This document shows, piece by piece, positions 1 through 13,179 of a stretch of DNA of 51,854 nucleotides. Position 1 is the first letter of the stretch; every line of letters begins with the position of its first letter. Origin of the DNA: Bilabrum cf. latius. Its lineage: Eukaryota. Made by a program: the position numbers and the translations under genes. The notes under the pieces are model-generated. The model searched no databases and was not told the origin of the DNA. It saw only the letters and a program-made list of their open reading frames with translations. The stretch lies in NCBI GenBank assembly GCA_965178125.1, contig CBCXTV010000008.1:1-51854 (forward strand). The letters run 5' to 3'.

Positions 1-169
1 CCGAGAACGTCACCCTCATCTCCTGGACCAACCTCAAGAGGAGCCACAGGAGGTGGCGAATCGCCCTCGGATGCTACGCCGCCCGCTGGGAGGGCCGGGG
101 CGGAGTTCTCAACCCCACTCCGGACCGCCAAGCTGGGTTCGCCGTACGCGTCATCGCATCGCACCGGCA

Positions 170-520
170 CCGCGGTAGACCGCATAAAAGGAATATATCC
201 TTCAACTTCAAACGTCACACGCGAACCGTCGGGGAGCACGAAGTACGGCTCACTCCCGGCCGGCCAATGCAGGGAATACTCCATATCCATGCAACGCCTC
301 CCAATGGACAATACATCGGGTGAATCTTCCATAACCAACGGACGAACGGTCTCACCCAAGGGAGCAACCTTCAGAAGCGCATCCTTGGTGGCCTTCGTCA
401 CGCCGTTCGCGGTCCAAAACTTGAGCTGCTCTTCAGCTTCTGCGACAGCACCCGGGAGATGCGCAACGCTATCGGCTCCAACAAGATCCCAGCCACACCA
501 GTATCCATCAACCATTTATC
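170..520 (-). pseudogene. Retropepsin-type aspartic protease of the second copia family (1-nt frameshift at the active site)
   Basis: KWLMDTG, then in the shifted frame CGWDLVG...ETVRPLVMEDSPDVLSIGRRCMDMEYSLHWPAGSEPYFVLPDGSRVTFEVEGYIPFMR, a typical copia protease C-terminal half. Confidence 0.7.
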
Positions 521-1767
521 CACTTTGGCAACTCCCGGAGTCCTCCCAGACGCTCGCGTGGGACTAGCCGCCGCGCGATCGGGGGGGGGGGGGGGGGGGG
601 GGGCAAATACTGGCCCCGAGCCAACCCAAAGTCGACCCCTGCTGCACTCGCTCCTAAGGGCCAAGAACTTCGCCAAGATGGTGGAATGAATTCCACGCCC
701 CATCGAGCATCTTCACCGCCTTTGCCCGAGGTAGCCGGAAAGGATAACCAGAATCGGGATCATGATCCTCGCGAGGCAAAGCGACGTACGCCGTGCCCGC
801 GTTGTCCCACACAACCTGACAGGTGTGAGGACGCGGTCGTCCCAACTTCATGGCTGCTCCCACAGCGTCAGCCCTCGCCACGGCTTGTCGCACAAGCGAC
901 CAATAATGCTCGTCAAGCAGAGACGCACAACGGTCGAGGGGTAGGAACGGCTTGGTTCTTCCTCTGGGTGATCGTAGCCCGGCCCCATCGACCTCGCACG
1001 GAACCTCGTGAACCTGGATGTAGCCGAAGGAAATCGAGGAAGACCTCGCCCTGGCTCCACTCCGTGAACGAGAGCCCCGACGAGGCGGAGTGTCGGGAGC
1101 GTCCGTGTCGGCGGATGTGTCACACCCACTCGACGGCTCGCTCCCGATCCGAACGCGACCACTCCTCCGACCGCGAGCGGAGGACTCACCCCCGCAGCGA
1201 CTGGAGGATCTGCCCCGCCGCACAGACGGGACATACTTTTCGAGATGCCGCATCACAACCTCATCCTCATCGAAGAAACGATCAGGGGATCGAGACCCGG
1301 ACAAACCCCGAGATTGGGAATTTCTTTGGACAGCCGGGACGCCCGGCGGCTCGTACGGCACCCGCGGGGATATGCCACGAAGGCGGAGCCCTAGGCCCCC
1401 ACATCTCACTATGACACTCCACCGCGGGCGCCGCTGACCATCAAGACCCCCGACTCTTCTTCCTCTTCTTCTTCTTGCGGGAAGACGTAGAGGAGGGCGT
1501 AGACGACGCAGATGAGGAGTTGGACTGCGCACGGGCATGATGAAAACAATAGTTCTTGGACAATAGGCTCGGCTTACCAGACGGTTTGCCACCCTTCCCT
1601 TTCCCGGGTCCGCCCGGGTTTGGCGCCTTGGGTGATGGCTTCCGCCCCTTGTCCTTGCCCTTGCCTCTGCCGCCCTTGTCCTTTCCCTTTCCCGGCGCAG
1701 CCGGAGGGCAGGAGCTGGGGCGGACTTTTGCTTCTCCGTTCCCATCATTTGGTTCAAGTAGGTCTGG

Positions 1768-4342
1768 TTAGACTTCGCGGCCTGAACCCGATCTCGCTCC
1801 TCTCGACCACGTTCCATGGCGGTATCCAAAAATCTTCATGAGAGCCGTGTGTCGATCGAGAGCGTTGTTCTCCGTGACGTCCCCCGGATGATTCAGTTGG
1901 TACATGATGAAGAATGGCTGCAACGCACTCGACTTTCTAATGCAACGTTCCAACTGATACGCCTTCATCCACATGGGAATTTCCCCCGTGGCGTGGCTCA
2001 TCCGGTCTTCCCACACGGTCTTGAACCTCTGCATGTTCTCGTCTCCGAACCAATCGATCTTGGTGATTTCCTTGGCGGAGAACAACTTCTGTGACGTGTG
2101 GGATGTCGACCGATCCTTATAGATCTCGTACAGAATCTGACGGCCAGCCATCAACTTCCCGTCATTGGCCGCCAACTGTCGCAGATGCTTCACGCGCCGA
2201 AGGACCTCGCCAATGAGGGTCGCCTCAAGTGCAATCCCCAACTTCCGGTCTAGCGTCGCAAAACGCTTGCCGGGCTTCTCGAAGTCCTCATACTTCGCGG
2301 AGTTCTCCTCGACGGCGCACAGCCACTTGAGCACCTCTGGTTCCTCCTTGTCCTGCGCACAAGCACAGACCTTCTCATATAACTCAACTCGATAGTTGCG
2401 GAGCAACGCCACCGTAGGATACGGGGGGACTTCCATCTTGTTTTGCGCCTTCAACTTGTTGTCCTTGGAATGCTTGTTCGACCTTCCAGACGAACTTGAG
2501 GACGAAGAGGAACTGCTACTGCTTCCTTTCTTTCGCTTCTTGTCCTTCTTTTTCTTCTTCTTATCCTTCTTGTCCCGGGATCGTCCACGGCGAGCGGGTT
2601 CTCCGTCTTGGTGCTCGTCATCCGCATCGTCGTCATCTCCGTCACCGGGATCGCCACCCCCTCCTCCTCCGGAACCGCCTCCACCCGGAGGTCCACCACC
2701 CCCAGAAAGGCGATACCATAAGGAGCCATCCTCATCCTTCCAATAAGATGAGTCATCGTCACCCCCACCACCGCCACCGGGCGGTCCCCCACCGTCGTTT
2801 CCTCCGGGAACGTTTGCGGGAGTCTGACTCCCACCCGTCACCCGGGAGGACACAACGGGAACGCTCGGCGCTGGGGCAATCGGAGGATACCCACCATTTT
2901 CCTGAGGGGTTGGCTCATCGGCCGGAATACCACCGCCTGCGGAGCCCTGAGCCCCACCGGCGGCGGCTCCGAGCACTCGACCTCCTTCCTGCGGGATGCC
3001 AGATGCGTGGCCCTGAGCCCCGCCTCCGGCACCGCACGGGAAACCATTCGAACAAGAAGCCAAAGGTTCGGGCATCGCGACGCCGGAATCCGGGGTTGCG
3101 CAAGTCTTACTCGCGCCCGCCCGGGTCACAATCACGGGCAACTCGACCCTCGCCGTCGATGCCCTACGCTCATCTCGCGCCTGTAGTTCAGCCAGCCGTT
3201 GTCGAAGATCGTCCACACCCTGCTCGGCTCGGAGACGCGCCTTATCCGTACGCTCCAACACCTGCCGGGTGGCCATGAGTTCGTCGTTGACTCTTTCATG
3301 TAGAGCCCGGTCGGCCGCTTTGGCCTCGTCACACCCGGCATCCTGCAGGGCGGAACGGGCACGAGTTTCTGCGTCGCGTAACTGCTTCCTGAGGTCGTGG
3401 ATCTGACCGTCCATGTTCTTCACTGACCCCTGACATGACGTCCTCGCGACATCAAACATGGTCTTATACTGTTGGGCGGCCTCGCACTCCCGGCGGCACT
3501 CCCTAAATATGAAAGCCTCCGCCTCGCGATACCGGCCGAACTCCGTTGAGAACGTGTCCAACTGGTGCCGCGACTGTTCCAACGACCTTCTCAGGATCAA
3601 CGCATCGCCACTGTTTCGCCGCTCCTCGGTGAGCTCGGACTGCAGCGTAGAGACCCTGGTTGTTGGCGTGCACGCCGTTCGAAAGCCTCGATGTTGGCCA
3701 GCGTCCCAGCCATATCCTGCATCCGCTCCTCGAGGTTCGACTCCCCGGGGTTTACTTCCACTTGACACTCGGCCCGAAGTCGCTGCTGAGCTAGCGCCTC
3801 CTTCTCGGCGAACCTCTTGATGGTAACCACCGTCGATTCCCGGAGGGCATTAAACTTATGCTTGTGGTGGGCGACCTCAAAGTCGCGCTGTTCGTCGGCC
3901 AACTTCACCATCTCCTCATACTCGTCCGCGGATCGCTCAGCATGATCAACGTTCTTGACGATACTCCCTTCTGGCACTATGCAGCTCACTATGCAACATC
4001 TCACAGGCGGACTCCTCAGCCTGTCGCACTTGAGACATGCGCTGCTGATGGTCTTCGATCACTTTCTCCATGTGCTCCACTTGCTGGTTCGCCTGAACCT
4101 TCGAAGCTTCAACGAATGCCTCCGTCTGACAGAGACGCCCGCTGCGAGCTTCGTGCGCTTCCACAACCTGCGCATACTTGCGCTCCGCAATTCGCTCACA
4201 ACTCATCCATTTCTCTTCATTCTCAGCTTGACGCTCTCGCATGTCCCGGATCGTTTTCTCCATGTGCACGTTCATCTGCCTGAGTGACTCGCACTCGGCA
4301 TAGATCTCTCGGGACTGCATCAGGCCCTCCTTCCCCTCGCCT
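1768..4342 (-). pseudogene. Gag-like protein with long N-terminal coiled coil (frameshifted over three ORFs)
   Basis: ORF track 3946-4524 (part outside the LTR), 3597-4004 and 1768-3768 overlap end to end. Helical gag-like core at about 1830-2440, upstream of a protease. Confidence 0.55.
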
Positions 4343-4618
4343 GGTCGAGAGACACCCGCCTGGCTTACGGGATCGTGCGCTCTTGAGCCCAAGTAGTACA
4401 TCAAGACGATCTGCATGACCATACGGCGGACTGCCATGGCTGCTGTGCAAAGGGGGTGAAGCTTTTGCTGGGTGAGCGCAAGGTGTTCGCAAGTCAGAAA
4501 GGCGTCTCGGGGTGCGCTATACAAACGTCAAAAGGAGAGACAAAGAGTCAAATGGCTTGCTGCAGCATTAGCCTGAGCCGTAGCTGCGAACAAGTCAATG
4601 AACAGTTGCACTGCGAGT
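4343..4618 (-). repeat. 3' LTR of copy 1 (276 bp)
   Basis: Direct repeat of 24014-24289 with about 4 differences. Element-strand ends ACTCGCAGTGCAA...TCTCTCGACC. Confidence 0.95.
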
Positions 4619-5119
4619 CTGGTGTGTCCTGGGCGAGCTGCACGGCCCAAGACAACCAGGCTGCAGGCCGTACATGCTCGAGCCCTGTATGGCCCGAACA
4701 TGCTCCTGTACTACGGTATCCGTCGGGACAATCCCGACACGTCCACACAAAGGATGAAAAGGCCGGGGTGTGCCGAGAACCACTCGGCAACCCCTAAAGC
4801 TTCCGACATCCTTGTCGGCTGTACTGTCAACGGTCGGCACGAGCAGCTCCTGCAGGCTTCAGCCGATCGGCATCCACACTGCAGAGCGCGGACGCAACTT
4901 GGGGAAAGAAACCCCACGGCATTGACCCACAGGCTTTCGCGCTGGCCTCGCGAGCCGAGCCTCGCCCGGCGTACCGACCTTGATGCCCCATTGAACTGAA
5001 TGCTGAAATGGCTGAGTGAGAGCTGCCCCGAGCAGGCTTCAACCGATCGGCATCCACACTACTCAGGGCTTCGCCAGAACTTCCTTCAGACTGCCACCCT
5101 GCAGCCTGACATCAGCGTC

Positions 5120-8100
5120 CTAGGTACCCCAATCGGGATCCTCGTCCTCCATCGGCGCCGTCGTCTCCTTCGCAGGGGCCTTGCTCTCCTGGGCCCCGGT
5201 CTCGCCGAGAGGACTCGCACTGCTCATCTCCTCGTCTTGGTCGTCGTCGTCATTGTCGTCCAACGGCACTGTCTCGACCTCATCCGCGATGCGCGCCATG
5301 ACGTAGTCCGCATGACGCCCGAGCATGGCGTGCATGATCGGCGGGAGCAGGCCCGTGTAGGCACTCTGGTAGATCCTGGCAATGAACTCCGGGACCGTCA
5401 TCATCGCAATACGTTCGCCAACCTTCTCGGCGATGTCCTTGAACAACTCGGTCCCGATCTTGCTGATCTTCGTCATCGCCTCTTCATCGTGGATGTCCCC
5501 GAATGCGGCAACGTCTTCGTCGGTCAACTTGCCGTTGCCCTTCAGCGAGAAGTACCACTTGCCGACGTCCGGATGCTCCTTGAGCCACTTGGCGGAGACG
5601 TACCTCCCGCCATACCATCGGTGGCACGGGACTGCCTTCTGAAGCCGTCGCTCAAGGAATCGATGGCGTCGGATGTAGGCCTGGATGAACGACAGGCTGT
5701 CCCACAGCACGGGGAAACTGATGCCCTGCCGCTCACTCGGCCTGTAGAGGTAGTCCTCGCGACCATACTCGTCCGTCTGCATGACCTGCTGCTGGTACGC
5801 CCGCTTCCGCTCCCCATCTGGCCACACGAACTCCCAGAAGTTCCTGTGCTTCTTCGGCAAATCTCTCTTACATAGGGGCAGATGCCATGGGAGCACATGG
5901 TCGTATGCGGGCTGCCACTGGAAGAACACCTCCGGGGCATCCACGATGGCCTGGAGGTTGCTCGTGATGTAGGACTCGATGGCCTCCTGCATGTGGAAGG
6001 CCTGGTTCATCGTCCTCCATGGCTTGTGGTGAACAGACTGGCTCTCCCAGTCGCTGTCGGAACTGTCGTCGTCGTCGCGTAGGGAGATGTGCGCACTTCG
6101 GATGGCGGGCCACTTGGGGGCCCGTGCGCCCTCCTCAGGGCGTCGGTAACATTGATCAGAGGATCTGCACTGGGCGGCCGTCCGAAGCACAACATTGCCC
6201 TTCTCGCGCTGGTCGTGCTCCTGCTGGTCAAACTTCTCCCGAAGCTCGCCGATCCCGCGACAGGGCTCGTAGTAGTCCGGATAGCGGGACAGCATCGAGA
6301 AGGATGAAGTGGTAAACTGCACTGGCCCAATCGCACACTCGCACCCCGCGGCCCACTTCTCCAAGTCTGGCTCATCCATGGGCTTTTCCGGGATGAAGTC
6401 AACGAACGCATTGGCCAATCGGCGCTTCTTCCTTCGGCCGTCGACCCAGAGCTGGAACATGCTTTTGGCGAGCGGCTCGACCATTGAACTTGCTTCAAAC
6501 TGGTGTCCGATCGCCTTCAACTGGCTCTTCGACATCTGGCCAAGGGACGCAACGAACCCGCCGTTGGCCGGCCTCGCATTGATCGCGTCAATCGTGTCGG
6601 CAGGGTTCATGAACCCAAACATCCCGGTGAGAAGCCTCAAGCCCTTGTTGTCCTTGTCAATCTCCCGGCCGTACGAAAGTGGCGGAAGCGGCCCAATGAC
6701 CCCCACTGGCCCCACCGAGCCACTGGGGATGCTCCACTCGCCGCTCTCTTTCGCCTCTGCCATATGGCTGGTCTCGGCCGGCTCGTCCTGATTGCGGCAG
6801 TCATTGATCAATCGGCGGTAGGAGTGGCAGGCATCGTCATCGACCTTGGATGCCATGCGCTCCGCCATCTTCTCGGCCATCTCGCGGTAGTGAATGCTTG
6901 TCGGCCTGCTTGCGGCACGGGCATATCCATTGATCCACGTCGTGCTCAGCGCCTCTCCGACCATCGTGATCGTCGATGAGCTCACCACCTGCTCCTTCCC
7001 ATTGAGCATTGCGACTTCGCCAAGGAGCTCGCTCACCTCGACCCGGTAGAACTGGGAGTAGGCGCCCATGCCGAACAACGAAAAGTCATCCTTGATGTAC
7101 CCGGGCCCTGGCTGCTGGTCGTAGTTCTTGAGAGCTCGGTCCATGCGGATGGCCTGGTCCTGTCGCTTCTGCTTCTCCTCTTCAACATTGATCGCGGCGT
7201 TCGTGGCCTGCAGGGCTGCTCGCACTTCCTGGCCGAAGCGTTTGTCGGGATCGAGAGGATCGCAGACCAGAGTCAGCGGCAAGTCCCACGCTGCCCTCGG
7301 TCTGCGTGAAGCAACAGCCGTAGTCGGTGAGCTTGCGTCGCCTCAACCGGTGAATGCGGCCGGCCTCACTGGCCTCGTGCGAGTTAAAGACATCCTGCTC
7401 CACACCGCCTTTGTAGTACTTGCAATTCTGGTTGTACAGCGCGGGGTTCAAGTCGGGCGTCGGCGCCGCCTCGCACATGATGTGGTAGGGAAAGCCGAAC
7501 GGATCCTCCTCTGGGGTCCCGCGCTTGAAGTCATCGAGCACCTCGTCCTTGTCCTTGCCTTCGTCGATCTTCCGGAGGAAATTAACATAGAGGCAGTAGC
7601 CCAAAACCCGTCGGCCATTGATCTCGCGGCCGTCACGAAGCCTCTGCATGGCCTGGCGGCCCTCCGTCGACGTGATGAAGTACTGCATGAGGTGCGTGCA
7701 CTCCCACCATCGCGCCTTCATGTTCCACCAGTAAGGACGGACCGGACACTCCCAGTCCGCCTGCCAGTAGTCCCAGCTGGTCTCCTGCGATGGATCGCCG
7801 TCGCCGTACAGGAACCACTCCTTCGGCGCTCTGAAACACACCTCGGCATCCTTCCCCGGCGGCACATAGGTGTTGTCGCAATCGGTCTCCCACTGCGAGC
7901 TGTCTCCGGTCTTGTTGCCGGGGATCTTGGACACCTGCCAATAGGCCATCTCCGCAACGTGGCCGAACCGCCAGAAGAGCCGGTCGTAGTGCTTGATGCG
8001 CCGGCCGTCGGTGGAACGCTGCAAGGCGCTCGCGTGGAGCTGGACCGTCATGACCTCGGACTTTCGAACGGTGGAAGCGCTGTCATCCTGCACGTCAGCG

Positions 8101-11100
8101 GGCTTCAGCCGATCGGCATCCACACCGCTGGCGGCCTCTCCCATTGAACACATGGCTTCGGCCCACACGTCGTCGTCGATCTTCACGAAGGGCACCACAA
8201 TGGCCTTCGGGTGCCCGCCGTCGTGGAATGAGTCCCTTAGACTCCTCTCGCGCGCCCGGGTGGCCTCGGCGCTCGTGCGCATCTGCTCAACCCTGGCCCG
8301 CAACGAGTGGGCGCTGCCAAGCTGGTCCAACTGCAATCGCTGCTCGATCTCCTGGGTCCTGGCACGCTTGTACGCGGGCTCCTCGTATGGTGACACGGTG
8401 ACCATCGCCAGGAGCTCGCTCTGGTTGATCGCCAATGAGGGACACAAGCTGGGCCTTGCGCCCAAGCGTCCACTCATATCCCTGGTGGGCAGCAGTGGCC
8501 CACACACTGGTGCGCGTCGACGGCGGGTCGTCACGGTTGCGAACGAGGCCTCGGCGCGCGGGATTGGTCTGCTCGTCGTCCAAGCGATCACGACTCTCGT
8601 AGAGATGCTTCGAGTCCATGGCCTCCGTCGGGACGGAGGTGTAAGGCATGACATCGTGGCGAATAAACGGTCGTGGAAGTTCGTCATGGGTCGGTGTGTC
8701 TGATGCGGAGCCGGTGGGCTTCAGCCGATCGGCATCCACACCACCGGTCCCCTCCTCCATGGCCGCGATGCCCATGTCGTCGCCCTTCTGGTCAAGCAGG
8801 GGCGTAGAACTTGTCGCACTCTGAGGGGCCAAGCGAGTCTCCAAGGCTGTCGGTCGTTTTCGCGGTGCACCCTGCTGGCTGTCACTCCCGAGAGCAAGAC
8901 TCGCGACCCTCTTCATGAGAGCCCTGACGCCCATGGTCTCCGCCTCGCTGGGCTCGGATTCGTCTGTGTCGCCACCAGACTGGAGACACGCTAACCGCTG
9001 CCGCGCGTCATCGGAGCTGGTCTCGGCCTCGTGCTCCACATGGTTGTGCTCCTCCGCAACGGGCGGAGGGGCTGTCGGCCTCGGCGCACACGTTGGTGGC
9101 CGAGCCGTCGGGGAGCCTCGCGTAGTAGCCGTCGATCCGCTGGGCGACGGCCTCGAGGCTCAGACCTGCGAGGCACGAGAGCCACACCTTGTCCTTGACA
9201 AAGTCCGGATGCGGCACCTCGACATTGAGCAAGCACTTGGGCGGAGAGCTGGGGCGCTCCTCCTTCTTCGTCAGGATCTGCCACAAGCTGGTGATGTCGC
9301 TCTGCTCCAAGCTGTGCGGGATCATCCATTCCGTGGCGATGGAAAAGCACTGCCTCGCCTTCTCCTTGATCGAGGCCACGTCCGGCGGATCGGTCGAATC
9401 GATCGTCATGCTCCGTTTCGGTCCCCACGGGAGGCCCAGCTGGTCCAACGCCGTCCCGATGCAGAAGGTGTACACGAACCTGCACAAGGACAAGTAGTCC
9501 TCCCGGAGCCACAGGTAGGCCGCTGCGATCTCGTAGGCGTCGCCGATCTGCTCATCGGTGGAGAACCAAGCGTCGAAGTCCCCAATGGCATCAGAGATCT
9601 CCTCGTACTCTTCCGGCCTTTCGCGTAGGGCAAGCACATCGGGCATGTACTTGTGCTCGTACGAGTATGTGTGGTTCTTGATCACGATGTAGCGAGCCCG
9701 GGCTTTGAGGATGCCTGCACGAAGGAGCAATTCCGTGGCTGCCCAGTCGACAATGAGCGAGCCCAAGTGGCTGACGTTCTTGAGCTGGTCCTTGTAGCCC
9801 TCGTGGCCAAACTTGTTCTTGAGGGCGCAGCCGACTCCGATAGCCACCAGAATGTCGTCATTGATCAGGCATCTGGGGCTGTGCTCCCCTGCAAACTCCC
9901 GCAGGTGGATGAGCGTTCTGCCCACCTCGAAGTCAATGTCGACTTGGCGCCTGCCGTCCTTGAAGTGCGTGTGCGAGTGCAAGAAGCCCCTCAAGGCCTG
10001 CTCGCACGCCTCGTCGCAGATCGGCCGATCATAGGCGAACGGGTCCGGCTTGAACCAGTGGAGGACGGTCAACAACGTCTTTTCAATGGAAATGGAGCCC
10101 TCCACTACGCTGGCTGTGACCCATCCACCGTCGTTCGTGCCGGACGGATCGATGTGGTCGGCGAACGGATACGTCCTTGTGTTCTGCAACGGGTTGTAGC
10201 CGCCTGGGTAGAAGGACGTTGTAGGTGACCTGTGCCTGGCGCGGACCGTCGGGAACATTGAGGCTGTGGCAGCGGTTTCAGAAGTCCAGAAGGAATGGCA
10301 TGACGAGCTGGGCTTCAGCCGATCGGCATCCGCACCAGACTCGTCCATCTGCTCGTCGTCGTCGTCATCCTTCTGGCTCTCTTCCGGCTGCTTCATGAGA
10401 TACGCCTCATTGTTCACCTCTTCGGCGGTCTTCAACGTGAGCGCAAAACGCTGGCTTCTTTCCTCAAGCACCTCTTCCCGCGTCTTGACGTCGAACAAGC
10501 CCTTGCCACCATTGAGCTGCGGGTTGAGGTGGTAGATGAGCTGGTCGAGCGTAGGGAGCGGCCACATGCCTCGTTGGATGTGTTCCGCCCCTGGAATCAT
10601 GCGGAAGTGCAGTCTGCCGTTGCTGATCATCTCCAAGACGAGCCGTGCTCGAGCCCGCCACTTCTGCCCCTTGTCGCCTGAGGCGGTCTCGTGTGCCAAC
10701 TTGCGGTTCCTCTTGTTGCGCTGGAAGTCGGCTTTGCTGTCGAACTTGCCTGGTCGCTTCCGCTGGTCGTAGTTGCTGGACCCGGAGACGACCTGGATGG
10801 CCTCCTGCTGCTGCGTAAGGCTCAGCTCCGGCGACGAGAGGCGCATGTTGGCTGGCGCGGCGCAGGTCGTGGAGATGACGTTCCCATCGGCATCGGTCAG
10901 CTCCGAGTCGCCGGTCTCCGGGCCGGTCAATGGGCCGGCCCTGTCATTGATCCAACCGACCTCGAACATGTCACGTGTGCCACCGGCTCCCTTCGGGTGG
11001 TGATGATTCATCTCGATGGTGTAGGGCACAAGGAAGCTGTAGTCCAAATGGCGGCCACCGCCGAGGGTACTTCCTAGGACATGGTAGTGGCGGTCGACAA

Positions 11101-12841
11101 ACCTCGTGCCCTCCGGTGTGGCATTGCCCTTGGCGACAATCTGCTTGTACTTCCGAGAGAGGACACTTTGCTCTGCGCCGTGTCCGAGCCGGGCCCTGGC
11201 GATCTGCTTGAGGTCCTGCCGCTTCTCCGGGCCGTTGAGGAACTCGTTCTCCAGCGTGCGCTTTCGGCTGAAGTCATTGAGCGGCGGGATGTCACCCTCA
11301 TAGGATTCGAGATCCATCACATAGCCCGGCCTGCATCGAACTGTCACCTTGGCGCACTTGGCCCGCAAGTCCTTGAATATGCGCACATGGTCGTTGCCAT
11401 CATGGAGGACGCGCGTGGTCGAGTCGCCGCCTTCGTCGAAATCGGTGACATTGATCTCAAAGTCATTGTGCAGAGCTCCACCGGATCCATCTCATACTCG
11501 ATGAGGGCATCCCGTAGGGCGTACTTGTCGGCGTACTCCGGAGGCGTGGCCAGGAGGTAGACATGGGTGATGTGCAAGTCCTCAGGACGGAAGCCGTAAG
11601 TGGGCGACTCGCCGAAACCTCGCCACAAGTAGCTATTCGGCTTGGCGACCACCCGGAAGACGGCGGTCATGGGGTGCGTGCCATCGGTGGCCAGCACCGT
11701 GCCCGGAGGAAAGTCCTGGGTTCCACACACCTTCGGATATTTGCACGCCTTCTGGAAGTCCTTGGTCAGTCGCACCATCGGGATCTCTGCTGAGGGACTC
11801 ACCACCATGGCTCCATTGATCGACTCGATCGGGGGCCTCTTCCGCCCCTCCGAGCTGACATTGCCGAGGTACCAAGCACCGGCGGTGAGCGACCCGGTGC
11901 CGTAGCTCGGCGCGAAGCCCTTTCGGAGGATGAGCGGCACACACGAGGCCCATGTGCCATGGTAGAGACACTCCGGCTCGTGGCCATAGTCGTCCGGAAT
12001 GGGAGTGCCGTTGGGGGTGCTCATCATGTAGCCCGGCGGCATGACCGTCGCGGCGATCGAGAGCGTCTTCTGGTACATGACCTTGTTGCTGGGCCACACG
12101 AACGGAGAGTCCGGGTACGACCCGGCATGCCGGCACTCCAAGAAGAAATCATTGGTCGAGGCGCGAGGTACGAAGATCAGTGGGAGGCTCACGTCGGCCT
12201 GCTTCTGGACCGTCTCGTACTTCCAAGCGTGCTCAAGCACGCTCGGGGAGTCGACGGCCGTGTTGATGCTCGGGGGAGGCCGCAGCTCCTCCTGCCTGAG
12301 CATGCGCGCCCGGTAGTCCATGTGCTCGTGGACCTTCTGGGCGCTCGGAAGCGGTGCGTCCGGAAGTCGCCTCTCGTACTCCGGTATGGTGAACCACGGA
12401 TGGCCCTCACCCAGGTTCCGCTCGTGCAAGAGCGGCTCGTCGTAGTACTCGTCGAAAGGCGGGTTCCGCGGGACCCACCGCTGCTGCGAGTGCTGCGAGT
12501 GCTGGTCCTCGTGGTAGGTCCAGTGCTCGTCGCTGTTCCGTGTGTACTGGGCCCACTCAGCGTCGCTCCACCAAGGAGCGCTCCGGCGCCTGGCGTTGGG
12601 GCCAGCTCCACTGCTGGCTCTCGCTGCTGGTGTGAGTCTGCTGCTGCGCCTCTCTGCCCGATGTCCAGTGGCTGCTGGATGACGACCACTGCTGTGTCGA
12701 GGAGGAGGCGCTGGGAATCGAATTCGGTTGGCCGGTGGGGTTCAGCCGATCGGCATCCCCACCACCAGTCCAAGAGCTGCCACTTTGCTGCCCGCTGTTC
12801 CCGTCCATCCATCCGGAACGCCAGCCGCTGCCGGCCGACAT
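5120..12841 (-). pseudogene. Accessory ORF2 of copy 1 (~2570 codons when frameshifts are repaired), ART-like and RNase III-like motifs
   Basis: ATG MSAGSGW at 12841. ORF pieces 11344-12429, 9008-11386, 8287-9039, 7128-8400 region and 5120-7282 are bridged by the homologous frames of copy 2. Stop at 5120. Confidence 0.8.
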
Positions 12842-13179
12842 CGCGAAAAAAAAGTATGATGCGACGGGTGATCTACTGGCGCGGGCGGCGCGCGGCAAAA
12901 CCTGGGAGCAGTCTCCTGGGACCAGAGTCCTAGAAACGGCTAATGGCGGAATGATGCACACGTAGTGAATGCCATCCACTGCGGGGCGAAAGCAAGGACA
13001 CGACCGGTGGCTGGGCGAGATGACTTGATCGGATTGGCCTGTCGACTTCAGCCGATCGGCATCCGCACGACAGGCCACACACATGCTGCTTTGGTTCGCC
13101 GTGTCATCGCCCGAGTGGTCCACAGGCCGTTTCGCAGGCCACACCTCTGACGCATGCTGAATCAACATTCTGCCGGACA

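Larger units (their letters stand above)
1..4342 (-). mobile_element. Partial second-family Ty1/copia-like LTR retrotransposon (gag to protease region), frameshifted, runs off the window and abuts the copy 1 3' LTR
   Basis: Successive minus-strand ORFs 3946-4342, 3597-4004, 1768-3768 and 654-1829 give coiled-coil, Gly/Lys/Ser low-complexity and gag-like (LDRKLGIAL...GRQILYEI...FKTVW) segments and a GKGKDKG tract. A retropepsin motif follows near 170-520. Confidence 0.7.

Noticed and set aside
581-603. G23 homopolymer (and G13 at 27683-27695)
   Set aside because: Low-complexity run of unreliable length; no functional evidence.
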